DNA of 63,528 nt, the filler included, from Kipferlia bialata (taxonomy: Eukaryota): NCBI GenBank assembly GCA_003568945.1. It is 6 parts of 6 records of this genome, joined end to end, with 100 filler letters (N's around TTAATTAATTAA, not from the genome) between each part and the next. Parts side by side here need not be neighbours in the genome. Positions count along the whole stretch, not along the records: positions 25,022 to 37,425 come from BDIP01001087.1; positions 37,526 to 49,923 come from BDIP01001088.1; 4 more parts are not named here. One strand, 5' to 3'. Made by a program: the position numbers and the translations under genes. A model generated the notes under the pieces. The model saw only the letters and a program-made list of their open reading frames with translations, searched no databases and had not been told where the DNA came from. Positions 25,040 through 39,721 of this stretch are shown piece by piece. Numbering within the stretch: the stretch's first letter is position 1; every line of letters begins with the position of its first letter.

Positions 25040-28000
25040 GATATATCATACCTTTGGTTGTACTCTAGTCCTGACAGGCACTGGGGTACAGATAGCTGTC
25101 CTCATATGTTGTCCAGTACGAAGAAGTAGAAGGAATATACATGTACAGTATACACATTTCCTACCCTGATCATTGAGCAGCCTGAGACGGCAACAACACC
25201 GCACCACCCAGGAGTGTCCAGTGGATGATGGGGAAGTTCTATTATACGGGATAACGACTAGTGTCAGCAAATAGTGAATAGAGACATGTATAAGAGGTCT
25301 GAGGCGAGAGGGTATACAATATACAAGTGTCCAGGGTGAACCAGGAGAGCGTAACGACTGGAATAGGCGATATGTGAATGGAGAGGGAAACAGGATCTAG
25401 AAGAATATAAGAGAAGACACAGAGACAGACAGTGGGTAGCAGGATGTATCGATACCTTGGATTGGACTCTATTACTGACACGCACTGGGGTACGGAGGGA
25501 TATCCTCCTATGTTGTCCAGTACCCATGTGGAATGTTCCGACCTCAGTCAGGTAGGACCCTTGCCATACCACGTCTGACACATTGACCAGTCTATACATA
25601 TAGCCGTGGATGCACTGTCAGTGACAGTCTGTCACAATGTGACACAGACAGAATACGGTACAACACCAAGGTACCTCTGCCATCCGTCCCTTAGACAGCT
25701 ACTGTCTGAGACCTGATGGTACTCCACAGTATTGAGACCTGGGGTCAGGTGGTATAGGCGGAGTGGAGAAAGAGAGACATACAGAGCGAGTGGACAATAA
25801 CAACCAGAATGCGGTGAGTAGCAATTAGACTGCGCACACTGACTACAATGTGACACCCGAAAGCGAGAGAGAGAGAGAGAAAATAAGGAGTCAGTGGTAC
25901 CTATGTGGTGTATAGGGACAGGTGCCAACTCCCCCACCCCCTCCGAGTGTCCAGTGAAATGCATTGAGGAGACTATGGGACTTAAGTTAGCGAAGAGTGA
26001 CTACATATAGAGTAAAACACATGGTGAAGAGAGAGAGAGAGAGCGAAATGGATATGAATCCCATTGATACCTTCGGTATTCGTACATACACTAGTGGCCA
26101 GGTCTCTCTGTGTCTCACATAGCAGTACACTCCCCATGTAAATAGCAGGACCCAAGCTGTCCTCTGAGGAAGTGTCTAGTGTGAAATGGAGCGAATCGAG
26201 ACCACGTGTTACAGTTGTTGGAGCAACACAAGCTACATGTAGTCTGCCCGATGCCTAAAATGAGTTGGTGTAAAGTTGTGTATACATATGTTAATGGTAG
26301 TAGTACTATAAATGTATTGGTGTATACGCAGGTACACAAACCATTCTCTGTCCATTGGCTACCACATATACAAGGCATGTGTGTAGTACTTTTGCTCTAG
26401 ACGTACCAAGTACATGATTCATTCAACAGACTGTATATATTGTTATATATAGTATATATTACCTGTGACTCTATATATATATATATATACATACATAGAA
26501 TACACAGTTCAATATCCTAAATGTAACAGAATCGTGCAATCGTTATATACTGCTATTGATAGTCTCACACCAATCTATAGTAGGCAGACGGGGTTGAAAG
26601 TCATAAGAGAGAGAGAGTGAGAGAATGAATGTGATGATTCGAGTGAGTAATGGATTGTCGCTAACTACACAATACTCACCGCCCATGCCGACCCTGCCAC
26701 CTACGATTGTCCAGTGGACACATCTGTACGTCTTTAAACTGATATTAGCTAGACCTATATATAGAGAAGTACACATGGTACAGAGTAAGACAGAGAGAGA
26801 TGGTCATACCACCCGATATATATGGATCAGAACCGATCAGTACCTTTGGTTCACAGACTGGCACTGGTGCTGAGTATCTTTCCCCTCATTCAACACACTC
26901 TGCAGTCACACTGAGATACCCTCCTCTGTCACCACTAGACAGGTTGTCTAGTGATGACTCCCGTACAAAAACCACACTTGTCACAAATCACAACACCCAT
27001 GGGATGGTCTGGAGTGAGAGGGCTTGGTTGATACAGACCCACAAGACAGGGTGCTAGAGAACGGCTTGAATGTTAATAGTGAGAAGAGGACGTCGGATGG
27101 GAGTTGAGTGTATGTGTGTATATATAGTGGTGTATATAGTGGTGTATATAGTGATGTAAGTGTCCTTACCGTGGCCATGTTGTGTGGAAGGGTAAGAAGA
27201 CCCAATCCACATAGAATTGTCTAGTTGAAACACCTAAGGTTCTTTGACACTAGAATCAGAGATGTCAATATGGGCTGGTAGAGAGAGAGCCAGATACCAC
27301 ATCAGGATGTATCCATACCTTTGGTTGGACTGTAGTGCTAGGAGAAGGGCACGAAAGTCCCGAGTGGCATTGGACAAAGGGAGCCAGTGCATTTCCAAAG
27401 AGGATCTCACTGCCATCATTCTGGAGTGAGAAGGTGCATTATTGAACTACACAAATGAATATATAGAGATTGTGAGGGCATGAGAAGGGGTTGCGGTGAC
27501 TCTTCGGGAATTGGCTGATATATATATAGAGTATATATAATGTAGACATTGAGTATATATAGAGACTATGCAGAGAATATACGAAGATGTGGGGGTGACT
27601 GATTGGGAAATGGTTATGTAAATATCACACTCACCGGCCACACCACCCTTACCAAATAGAATATGTCAATATATATATATATATAGATAGATAGATAGAT
27701 ACGCAAATTTACCGATATTCAATGAATATGTATATATACCATACTCACCTGCTACTCCACCCCCACCGTCCATGAGTGTCAAGTGTCATACGTTCCAGTC
27801 CATAACACTTATGTTAGCATTCGGTGGATATCGAGAGTTAGACACGAAGAAGAGAGGGATACGGAGAACGAGAGAGCAAAAGTGAACTACGTATCGCAGT
27901 ATTACCTTTGGTATACGTGGATGAACCCTAACCACTCATGACGGTCTAGTAAGTTCAGTAAGATGGCTCAGCGACTAGAGTTAGCGGGAGTTGTATATAA

Positions 28001-29965
28001 AGAAGTCAACATCGTATATAGTGATGGGAATGACACATGCATAGAGAGACAGACATGCATATATATATACATATACTATACATAATAGATGTAGATAGAG
28101 AGGTCCCCATATTATAGTGAAGGGAAATATATATGCATGGATATATACCTTAGACACATACTATAGATGTAAGAATGTTCTCAAATACAGGCACTCCCCA
28201 GGCTCATCTGGTGCCGGAAAGAAGTGGAAAGTGACAAACTTACCGAGACGAGAGAGGCAGAGAGAGAGAGGGTAAGACATATACACTATATATACCAGTA
28301 AACACATCAGTAGTACCTCACGATCCCTCACAGCATCAGTCCCATGTGTGCCAAAGTACTATTCATGAATATGTCTAGTGACAAGTGAGAGGACTCATTG
28401 TAGTGCCCCAAACTGGCGTGAGTAGCCGTGACGCATAGTATACATATACGAGAGAGAGTGCTTGTAAGAGAAGATTGGACTGAGGAGTGGAGATTGGGGG
28501 GGGGGGAGTTGAAAATAGTCAACGTCTATCAATTGAGGACATGAGCGTAAGAGATACCGGCAGGGGGAGATATAGACGTATACACAGATGGATGGGTAGA
28601 AAGGGAGAGAAGGGGAGAAAGAGGGGGAGAGAGAGAGAGAGAGACAGAAGGCAACTACCTCCTTGACCACTTGTTCCACACTGAATCGGCCACCAGCACA
28701 TCCCAGGATCGGCTAGCCCTCCTAGGGGTGATCATAAAGTGTATGTATATCACAGCATTTATATGGTTGTCGCTTAGAGTATTACACAAAGAGTATGTAT
28801 CACGACATCAATAGGGTATCGACAGATGCTGGTAGAGAGAGAGGGAGAGAGACCAGGGCAGGCTGTATCCACACCTTTGGTTAGACTCTAGCGCAAAGAG
28901 GCACCAGGGTACTGAGGGGTATCCTCATATGTTGTACAGTGTCAATTCAAATGAGCTATTCGATTGTGTCACTCTGCAGTAAGACGATGTGTATCCAGTC
29001 ACACAGTACCATACAGTGACTAGAGAATCGAGAGGCAAGTGGAAGGGAACACCAATAAGCAATACACGAACATATATATATCCATTAGTACCTGAGTCAG
29101 GTGGCACTTGACACCCAACTCAGCACCCTAAATATACACCCTACACACACACACATATATATATATATTGTTGTATATATACGCATATATATACACTCGT
29201 ACCTTAGACCATTGGCACCTGACACCCCACTCAGCACCCCCTCACTCTATCCCCCTATCCTTCTCTCCCCCTCTTTGTCTAGGGTGTATCAATGAGGTAT
29301 CCGTAAGATTTGTCCCTACAGTGAGATGTGTTACCAGGTTGTGTGTGTGTGAGAGAGAGAGAAAATAACCTATTATCCTATATCACAGTACAGGCTATAC
29401 ATTCTATCCATGAGTCACAGAGGCACTCACCAGTGTGATAGTGACTAGGGCACACTGCAAGACCAGATGCTCATTACGAGTGCTGGATACCGTCTTGGCT
29501 TCCTAGGGGTGAGGACACATGGCGGCTAATTGTATATATAGAGAGAGAGCGAGGGAGTAATAGAGAGTGAGAGAGAGCCTGACACGTACTCACTCTATTC
29601 TCTCTCTCTCTCTCTATATATATATATAGTCCTTAATTATATCGGCATACACCTACATACACGGAGAGGGGGGGGAGCACGTACAGTAACAGAGATATAC
29701 GTGACCTAGCAGTGTATCTTGTCGACTGAGTCAGGTAATACTTGATAGAAAGTACACTCTGATTTGCCCTATAACATATGTTACTTTATATATATATATA
29801 TAAGTATTTGTATATATATATATATATACCTGAGTCAGGTGGTACTTGACACACCACTCAGCACCCCCTAGCTCTCCTCTCTTCCCCCCTTGCATTCCCT
29901 CACCCCCGTTGTCTAGGGTACATACTAGGAGACCAGTAAAATCATTGGAACCGTAAGCCGTGCCT
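25040..29965 (-). pseudogene. Decaying array of paralogous exons (repeat-protein pseudogene or relic)
   Basis: Five related donor-terminated segments ending ...AACCAAAG|GT or a close variant lie at ~25047, 25453, 26842, 27316 and 28873 (e.g. ...PQCLSGLEYNQR, ...PWCLFALESNQR, ...LLALQSNQR). Three GAEWxVKxHLTQ-like segments lie at ~29090, 29200 and 29828. Several have in-frame stops or frameshifts. Confidence 0.45.
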
Positions 29966-30375
29966 GCGGTGAGACAGGGAACCCAATTGAGAGAGAGAGA
30001 GACATCATTGATAAAGATGGAGTGGTTAAGAGGGGTGACCGAAAGAGATGGTGGTGGGGGGGGGGGGGGGGGGGGGGGGGGGAGGGGGACGGGGNNNNNN
30101 NNNNNNNNNNNNNNNNNNNNNNNNNNNNNNNNNNNNNNNNNNNNNNNNNNNNNNNNNNNNNNNNNNNNNNNNNNNNNNNNNNNNNNNNNNNNNNNNNNNN
30201 NNNNNNNNNNNNNNNNNCCTCTCTGTTTTTTGGGCCCCCCCCCCCCCCCCCTTTCATTTGTCTCTCCACAGTATCCTCTATTGTATATATACATATGCAT
30301 ATATATGGATCATGGGGCTCACTGTTAGGGAGGCCCCCAGTAGTGGGTAGACAAACACTGGTCAGTACTGACACC

Positions 30376-30417
30376 TGTAGTGACTGGTAGTGACTGGTAG
30401 TGACTGGTAGTGACTAG
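30376..30417. repeat. 10-bp tandem repeat (GTAGTGACTG)x4
   Basis: Directly visible. Confidence 0.85.
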
Positions 30418-30689
30418 TCAAGGACAGGGCAGACAGCACCCATTGGCCAGGTACTCTATATACATGTATACACCTATATACATGTATATTATGTATTACA
30501 ATACTTTCTCTCTCCTTCAATGTTTTCGTCACTGTATACACACACATATATATATATAAATACACACACACACACGCGCACACACACACACACACATATA
30601 TATATATACATGTATAGACACACATACGTCCTCACCCTCGCTCTTGCTGTGCTTTGTCTATATGTGTCATAGTCATACCACTCACCCAG

Positions 30690-31185
30690 GCCCTACCCCA
30701 CTAGATGCACAGTTCATTGCACCACAAGACGGGCGGGGACAGAGAGAGAGAGGCACCCTCGAGGGGGAAGGTATGGTACATGTACATATACACACACTAT
30801 ATCCACCAAGTATAAGGGGAGAGGGAGGCATACTAGAGGGGGGAAGTGGGTATATATATATATATATGTGTATAGACACTCTTCATATCTACTATATATG
30901 TATGGAGACAGAGAGGTATCCTCTAGGGGGAAGGTATGGTACATATATGTATAAGTATATCTACATGTGTGAGTATATACACTAAATATCATTAAGCACA
31001 TGTATAGTATATATATACATACACACTATATATTGAGACAGAGAGGCATCCTCGAGGGGGAAGGTGGGTATATATGTGTGTGCGAGTATTTGTATGTGGC
31101 TACGCAATATATATCCACTATATATTTCTATATGGGGACAGAGAGGTATCCTCGAGGGGTAAGGTGGTAAATGTATTTGTTTATT

Positions 31186-31230
<45 letters not shown>

Positions 31231-34119
31231 GTAATTGTTTATATACATAAGAAGATACATAAACACTATATACTATATACATACTATATACATACTATAT
31301 GTATGTGGAGTCAGAGTGGTATTGTCGATGAGTATATGTATATATGTATACACACCATGTATATGCTTCTGTGATGGCTTGTGGATGTATACTAAGAATG
31401 ACAGTGTGTATATGTACAGTAAGGTTATGTATACCCCTTTATTTCAGGATTGTAGAGTGGTGGTGTTTGTATATGTGTATGCATAGGTATATCTGTATTC
31501 AGTATATATTTGTGTTCATGGTGGCCATTTGTGCCTCAAGTCTTCTCCCACCTTGTTCCGTGTGACATACGGTCTCTCATTGATATAGATAGTATATCTA
31601 TACCTATTCTCACCCCCAGACCCGGCCCCACACTGAAACCAAGGGTACTGAGAGGCCCCGACCCAAGGGCACTGTCAAGACCAAGGGCCCCCAGGAGAAG
31701 GTATGTAGGCATCTCTGTCTATATACACCCTCTGCTACTGTCTCTCTGTTACACTGTGTCTCTCTCTCTGTAATACCTATCTCACCCCAGAGACGGCCAG
31801 CTACAACAAGAGAGAGAGAGAACGGACAGAGTCCCTCTTGGAAGAAGGAGGTGATGACATACACATGTATTTCTTGTATTGCTGCTCGGTATTGCTTCTT
31901 GGTATTATCCCGGTGAAGTGTTTCTTGGATATAGTATTGTATATATATATATATGTATACACACATATATATATATACATACTGCGTACTTTCACCCATC
32001 TTCTTTGACGTGCCTCACCCTAGCCCCAGAACAGGACTGACACTCTCCGCAGCATGACCCACGTGACAGGTGCATATGTCAAGACGATCACCAAGGTGGG
32101 GGTGGTGGGGACTGTTTCTATGTATATATTTGCATGTATATTAGTGACTGACTGGGTTTGTCAAGGTGCTCCCCTCTGACCCTAGGAACCGGCGCCTGGT
32201 AGGACGGAACTCCTAAAGGTGTTGTACCCACAGGCCGGAGGTGTGTATAGCCAAGTGTTCTTGATATATATCACATCTTAGGATGTATTCATCCTCATGC
32301 TCTTCGTATCGAGTGCTGCTGTACCCTTCAATCTCATCTACATACACCCTACCTCTGATTGCAATGTACAGTGTCTGACTCCAGCTGATCTGAGTCTGCT
32401 GTCTGTCTATGTAGCGGACCTTTACCGGGGTATCGAGCGTCCTGACCTCTCGGCAAAGACTGACGTCCTCAAGGTATGAAGTTTTATGTATATTATATAT
32501 GCATTGTAGACCATGTTATCAGTCTCTGATACAGCAGACATTGAGGTGGGAGATTGGACAGGATGTGTGGTTATTGGCTATATCTGATGCACCCTCATCA
32601 CAGGAACAGATGGAGGCAATCACTGTGGCCCAAGAGAGTCTCAGACACATATCTCTCACGGGACTGTACATTCAGAAAGAGGTATCGGTTTTAGTTTCAC
32701 TATTGTACTATATACTAGTGTTTATATATATGAGTGTATACGTTCATGCCAATATTTTGACAGATTCTGACACACCGACAAGATGGATTAGTGTTAACAG
32801 CACTTGTATGTATATGTATATGTGTATACCTTAGAAATCATTAATTGATACTGAGAGATAGATACTTGTATCAGTATTGACATTCCATGTTTCTATGTAA
32901 CGGGTACTGCGCAGATTCATTCTAGAGAGTGACAGTCCCACATACCCAGTAATTGTGTGATATGCTATTTATTGCCCTCTCCTATTCTCACCCAGTGTAA
33001 GGATGCCAGTTTTTGGAACGGCACAGTAGGGGCTCCGGTGAAGAGGTACAGCTATACTCCTACTTGTGTTCATTGTATTGTTTCGAATGTTCCACCTTTG
33101 CATTGTATTCTGATATTATCACAACCACTATACCAATGTACTGATGCACTTATGTATAGATATTATGATACATGTATCATGTCACCTGATCCCAGTTTCA
33201 AGGATGAGGTTGTGTCCAGGGTGGAGGAACTGAAGAGGGTGGTGGCAGAGGGGCAGAGACAGCTCGAGGTGAGGACTGGGATGGGTATATGGAGAAATTG
33301 TCGTTTGGATATTGTATTATTAGGATACGTAGCTGTTATACTGGCAATATGCACACATATCTGTGTTTTGGGTATTAATTCTATCGAGTATGGTGTCCAT
33401 TTGACTGATATTCAGGAGATCCGTGTCTACAGTGAGGGAGTCCTTACCATGAACGCACTCCTAGAGACCTACGAGGCCACCGACAAGTCTGAGCAGGTAT
33501 TAGCAGTGTAGTGTAGTATAGTACTCAGTATAGGCAGTGAACGGGTGGTGAGTATTCTATATGTGTGCCTAGCCCTAACCACAGGAACACATCTCAGCCC
33601 TTCTGGAGGCCTCAGATCCAGAGATCGTGGGGGGTGTCGACGAGGTGTGTTCATTCGACCTCTCTCTTATGTGACTGTAGTATACTATCATGTACTTCAC
33701 ACTTTACTCATGTTCAGGTCGTTGATCGTCTCGTCAAGAGTGTTGCCCCAACTCTAACTAGACTGACAGAGGTCTGCACACTACTCGGTGGTACGTCCAT
33801 TCTAACATTGCCTGTTATATATATGTCTGCAGAACAGATCATATGTATGTCAATTATATATATGCATTCTATTCTGTGTGCCTACATGAACCTAGTTGAC
33901 CTGTGTGTCTTTGCAACCTGTGTTCTCCCCCTCACCCACCAGAGGAGGCCCTTGAACTACTCGGTCATACCAACGTCGCCCATGCCCAGAGACTGGAGGA
34001 ACTCAACACAGAGTACGGTGCAGCTATGTATATACTTGTCTCACAATATACAGTGATATATCATACTGGATTTTCATCTTCACCAGCACCTAGCCCCTTG
34101 TATCAACTGGCTAAATATG

Positions 34120-34152
<33 letters not shown>

Positions 34153-36451
34153 CAATATTTATCATACATATATTGTATATTATAGTATATACACCTAAAT
34201 ATTGGCATATAGTATTTACCATCTTGTATACTGCGTTTCATGTATCATCTTATATATATATTCATATATATATCATCTCATATATATCTTCTTGTGTATA
34301 TCCTCTTGTGTTTACCATCTCATATATATCACCTCATATATATCATCTTATATATATCATATTATATACATCACCTTATATATATCACCTCATTCATATC
34401 ATCTTATGTTCCCCATCTTATGGTCACCATCCTATATACACCACCCAATATACCTCACCTCATGTATACCACCCTATATACCCCACCTCATGTATACCAT
34501 CCTATATACCCCACCTTATGTACACCATCTCATACCCCCCCTTATGTCAGGAAGGAGGCGGCAGCACAACGCATCGAGGCTGCTGAGACAGCCCAGCGGC
34601 TGAGAGGTCTGTTGGATGGACACCTGGAGGACCTCGAGGCCACCACCCGGAGGCTGTTAGAGGTATGGTGGGGTGACGGTGGGTGTGATATGTAGTTATA
34701 GGATGATAGCAACATGGATATCTATCTATATATGTAGTATAATGAATGTTACATATAGTATATACATGTCTATATGTATACGTATAGTATACAAATCATA
34801 TCTAGAACTATATCCCGTATATATGTAAATGTCACATATTCAGACATTGAGAGTGCACGTGAGTATGCATATGTCAGTCTGTGTGTGCATATCCCCCTAT
34901 CTCTGCTGATTCCAGTCGGTTGACAGTGCCCCAGGCTGGTCTGACAGGCTAGAGCTGATCAAGCAGGTATCGGCTGTTGTCCAATATCTGTTGACACTAT
35001 ATTTATATATATATATATGTATATATATATACATATACATATACATATATGCAATGACTATATAGTATAGTACTGATGGGTCCCCTCATGAACCAGGCCT
35101 CCCTTGAGATGGAAGGGGGTGCCATCCACAGGGTACTGGGCCACATCAAGGACACCGCTGGGCAGATGGGTACGGGTATGCTTCTAGTGACTATGTAAGT
35201 ACATACAATGCATGACCGTTTGACCCCAGGCGAGGTGTCCCCTGATCCCGAGGCCACGGCCACTGACATAGTACGGCAGTTTGCGGACTCTCTCGCAGAC
35301 AGGTACCCACAATACTCCTACATAAGTTGACCTGTACTGTTACTCTGTGGATATTCAGACAGAGAAGATATTCCATATTGTGTAAGACTCTGCCCACAGT
35401 TATATATATATACTCCGCATACAATCACATTTATACATATATACCACTATATCTATCTCATTATTACCTTCCCCCACCCCATAGGAAGGGAGAGGCTCAG
35501 AGAGAGAGAGAGGCAGAGGCAGAGAGAGAGGCAGAGGCAAAGAAGCAGGCAGCAGAAGAGAGGCGTGCTAAGGCGAAGAGGGACAGGCTTGATAGACACG
35601 TCGCAAAGGTATCAGTATCAGTATCAGTATTAGTATCATACTGATAGACACGTGTGAAAGGTGGGCAGGGTGGTGTATATCACATATACCATGCCGTATC
35701 TCCCCTCTTGCCGTCTCTCACCCTTCAGACCACTGCCTGGTGTGATAGCACCATGGGCTTTCTCAACAAGGCAGAGGAGTGCCACCAGGACTACCACGTC
35801 ACCAGAGACAGCGGGAGGGAGGTGTCTGGGTTCCATGCCGCCATCGCCGACATTGACACCCTGGCCCAGGTACCTGTTGTATCAGTATCAGTATCAGTAC
35901 ACATAGTGAGTACATGCTAGTGTGACCTGATGTGGCCAACGTATCAGTATCACTATCAGTATTGACACCCTGGCCCAGGTACCTGCTTCATGATATATAT
36001 ATATATATATATTTATATATAACCGACCGAACTCATCTCTCTAGGAAGGGACTGAGCTCAAGGCCGGGGCCACCCAGATTGACCAGTGGCTCCAGCAGGA
36101 TGGCTCTGAGGAGCTCGACAGAGAGGGCTCTGCACAGACAGAGGTGCGGCCCCGTCTAACCTACGCGATAGTCTAAATCTGCTCTTGTTATAGTGTAATG
36201 CTATGTCGTCATTATAATGCCAGTGGTCAGTCCGAGACATACTTGGGTGCTACGGGGATGCCTGTGATCGGCTGAGGTCTAGACATGACGAGCTGACCAT
36301 CACACTCCAGGCCCTCATGGAGTCCTTCTCTAAGGTGAGTGGTTGGTTGGTCTCTCACTACACTGTCTGACTACCACACTATTGTTCTGGTACACTCCAC
36401 ACACATATACATGTATATGGCTATTAATAATCATATGGTGAATATATATAT

Positions 36452-36482
<31 letters not shown>

Positions 36483-37277
36483 CCATCTTTGCTGACACCC
36501 AGGGCGAAAAGGCTGTCAAGGACTGTGAGGGCAGTATCGGGTCTGTAGAGGACTGGTGCCAGGTATGTATGGGACCATATACACGCTGCTCTCTCTGCCT
36601 ATCCCCCATATTTCTCTTTACTCAGCACTCACATACCTGTAATCCATACCCATTTATATATATACTACATACATTCCTCGCATGCAGTTTGCTATGACGT
36701 AATTCTCCCCTCAGGTCCATATCGCCTCGATACCTCGGAATTTTGGGGGCACTAAGGTTGTAGATGGCAAGGCCGGCCAGTATCAGAAGGCCCTCAAGAT
36801 GTGGACAGGTATCTGGTATATACGGTACCATGCTATTATTCAGTAAACTTGTCCAGGGGTGTATGTTTGGTTACTGTTTCGTTCTCTGTGTTTAGATGCA
36901 GAGTCAAGTTACAGTTCATTGAATGAACATTTCTAGTATGTCGGTACCAGTGTTTCACTCTCCCTGACCCAAGAATGTCTAGAGGAGGCCGACAGCGCTC
37001 AAGAGGCTGTTCACCCCAGAGATGACATCAGTACAGCACGGTAAGTAGTGATATGTGACAGTAATCAGAGTCAATAGTATATGTAGAGCACATATACATG
37101 GTATATGGGCACCCACTCACCACAGGGTGTGTCGTCTCCAGGAGTACTGTACCAAGAAGATGGCTGAGTGTAAGGCTGCCCAGAGGGCACTAGAGGACGG
37201 CACTGACCCCACCTGCAAGATACGTACACCCACAGTGCTCGCTGGGGGGTCCAGTCTACTGCGCCCACCTGCCACAG
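30690..37277 (+). CDS. Long coiled-coil/helical-bundle hypothetical protein (partial)
   Basis: >20 in-phase exons, e.g. FKDEVVSRVEELKRVVAEGQRQLE, RKEAAAQRIEAAETAQRLRGLLDGHLEDLEATTRRLLE, TTAWCDSTMGFLNKAEEC, ELKAGATQIDQWLQQ, IGSVEDWCQ. The spaced Trp residues are reminiscent of spectrin-like bundles, but this is unconfirmed. Confidence 0.7.
34400..34545. repeat. Intronic ~28-bp degenerate minisatellite (TATACCCCACCTCATGTATACCATCCTA-like)
   Basis: 3-4 copies lead up to the acceptor at 34550 and grade upstream into more decayed ATATATC units. Confidence 0.7.
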
Positions 37278-37425
37278 GTATTACCCATATATACCTGTCA
37301 CATGCATTATATATATATATATATATACATATACACATATATATTTATATACATATATATACACACATATATATATACACAGCACCCTGTTACAGGTATT
37401 ACTCATATATACCTGTCACAGACAC

Positions 37426-37525
37426 NNNNNNNNNNNNNNNNNNNNNNNNNNNNNNNNNNNNNNNNNNNNTTAATTAATTAANNNNNNNNNNNNNNNNNNN
37501 NNNNNNNNNNNNNNNNNNNNNNNNN
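37426..37525. other. Artificial scaffold linker
   Basis: N44-TTAATTAATTAA-N44. Confidence 0.97.
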
Positions 37526-37548
37526 TCGCCGTGGGGTATTTCCACCCC

Positions 37549-37579
<31 letters not shown>

Positions 37580-37628
37580 CTTCTCCCTCTCTGCTGCCCT
37601 CCCTGTATGACATTCCCTCTGATCCCAG

Positions 37629-39275
37629 ACTGCCACCTTCTCATCTCTCAAGTGGGGTCTCAGTGAGAAGTGTAGGGCCACCGCGAGGGATGGGTGTGTC
37701 ACATATCTGTGTGTGACACTCAAGGACCCCGAGGAGTTCTCCGGCGATGAGACAGACGAGATGAAAGAGGAGGTTCTAAGAGAACTGAACTACCGGTCAA
37801 AGCAGGAGCTCGACGATGCGCAGTGTCGTTGTCCCGAATCTGAGAGGGTGGAGTTCGTGCCGGATGAGGAGATCTCTGATGACTACTGGACATGCCACGG
37901 AAGGCTTCAGATTGGCGAGTCGCTTCTCTACCATTACCTCAGAAGGGTTCTTGTGTGTACAGGCCTAAAGCTGGGTGAATTGAAGCCACATAAGGGATGC
38001 AAGATCCGTGATGTTACTAGTAGCCCCGGCTCTGTGGTTGGACGTGTTCAATTCACTAGGTTCCGGGAGAATCAGTACTGGATGCACATACATGTAAAGC
38101 CAGTCCCTACCAAGATGTCACAGCCTGTGCCACAGGTCATCATACACGCCATTGCGGAAATGTGCCCAGAAGGGAGTATTGCCACTAATGAAGATAGGGG
38201 TGGTATATTACACACTAAGACCACCCAGCCCCTGGATGTGCCTGGTATGGGGGGGCAGTTGTCTGTGACAGTGGAGGCAGGAGGTATGGGTTGTACATAT
38301 ATCAATGGAGATGAGTTAGAGATATAGTGTGTTAGTATGAATGTATAGTGTGTTATGTATCTATATCTGTGACAGTGGAGACAGGAGGTATGGGTGTATA
38401 TCTCTATGGATATGAGTTAGAGATGAAGTAAGGTAGAGTGTTAGTATTTGTCTATAGGAGACCGTAATACTTTACCCAGTCTACCCACCAGGGCGTCCGA
38501 GGGGACGGGTTCCCAGAGAATGTGGCTTCCACTTCGAAGTCACATATCATTCTCAATGCGACTCTGGGGTCTCTACTGACGAGGAGTCAGCAAGTGACGA
38601 GGTATATGTGTATTATGACCCCTCTCCTAGCCTTGTCGTTGCTAAGGGAACCATGGCACTTCACAACTCCAAGATGTGCAGGGCAGGGCCCACCATAGAC
38701 AAGATAGAGGTTGCAAAGGTATACGGCATGTGACAGACATTGACAATGTCACATTGTTATTCGGTTTGGACTGGACATTGTACCTGGAAGTGCCAGGCTG
38801 GTGCCATTCAAGTTTTGCGTTTCAATCGTCATACTTTTGTATTGTATGCTATATATTGTAGCTCTCAGTTCTCTTGTACTGTGGGTATCTGATACCCAGG
38901 AGTGGCAGGGCAAGGGTATTGGCAGCGCACTGCTCCGCTACATGGAGCTGACTGGAGCAAGGGCAATGCCATTAGACCTGGATGTTCAGGTTGATTATGA
39001 GTCGCTGGGAGTCCGCATGCAGGTCACCGACATCCAGACCGAAAAGGTGAGGATCGCTGGATTTGCAGAACTGGCCCCAACTGATACTCTCCCCTCAGTA
39101 TTAGTATCGGTATCAGTGTGTGTGTAACTTATACTAGGCCATTAACTGGTTCGTGTCCAAGGGCTATGGACCTCGGGGAGAGGAAATGTCAAAGGGCATC
39201 AGGGTGATCTTCCATGAGAACTTTCCGCCCACCTCGGATCTCCCCTGTCAGGCTGAGACATGGACACTAGAATGA
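37629..39275 (+). CDS. Protein with C-terminal GNAT acetyltransferase domain (5' end missing)
   Basis: Four exons (37629-38283, ~38491-38718, ~38900-39046, ~39138-39275). Splicing gives PTIDKIEVAK/EWQGKGIGSALLRYME (GNAT motif A, QxxGxG) and AINWFVSKGY (motif B). Confidence 0.75.
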
Positions 39276-39721
39276 GCAGGAATCGTCTTGATGAATATAC
39301 TAATAGTTGGTTTGTTAGCGGTGTCTAGTTATAGGAAAGTGTATGTAATTAGTATGTATGAATTATGAGGAGAGGAGCAGTGACACTGGGGTTCTCTGCC
39401 GTTCCGTTGCAGTTAATTCAATAGAGGCCTGCATGCAGTGTTTTCCGTTGGAAATGAAGAAAACTATATTTTCCTTAGAATCAGAGAACTCCATAATGAA
39501 GACAACCTAAACACAACTCCAGCTGGAACTCACGTTCTATTACAAGTCACGTATACATAAAACACATTGAAGGGGGAAACTGCACCCAAACACCATCTCC
39601 ATATCCAACGTCTGCCAGAGACCCAATGCCTCTCTGTAAAAGACTCTCTTAAAGAGAAAGAGGCCAAGAGAGGTCAATGTCTCTCAGAGGGGAAGAGAGA
39701 GGGGGAGAGAGGGGGAGACAG

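Noticed and set aside
33903..34695. Long Y/I/H/P-rich ORFs in the ORF track (also many antisense ORFs, e.g. 45596-46776 +)
   Set aside because: These are translations of intronic TA/CA microsatellites or antisense shadows of real exons.
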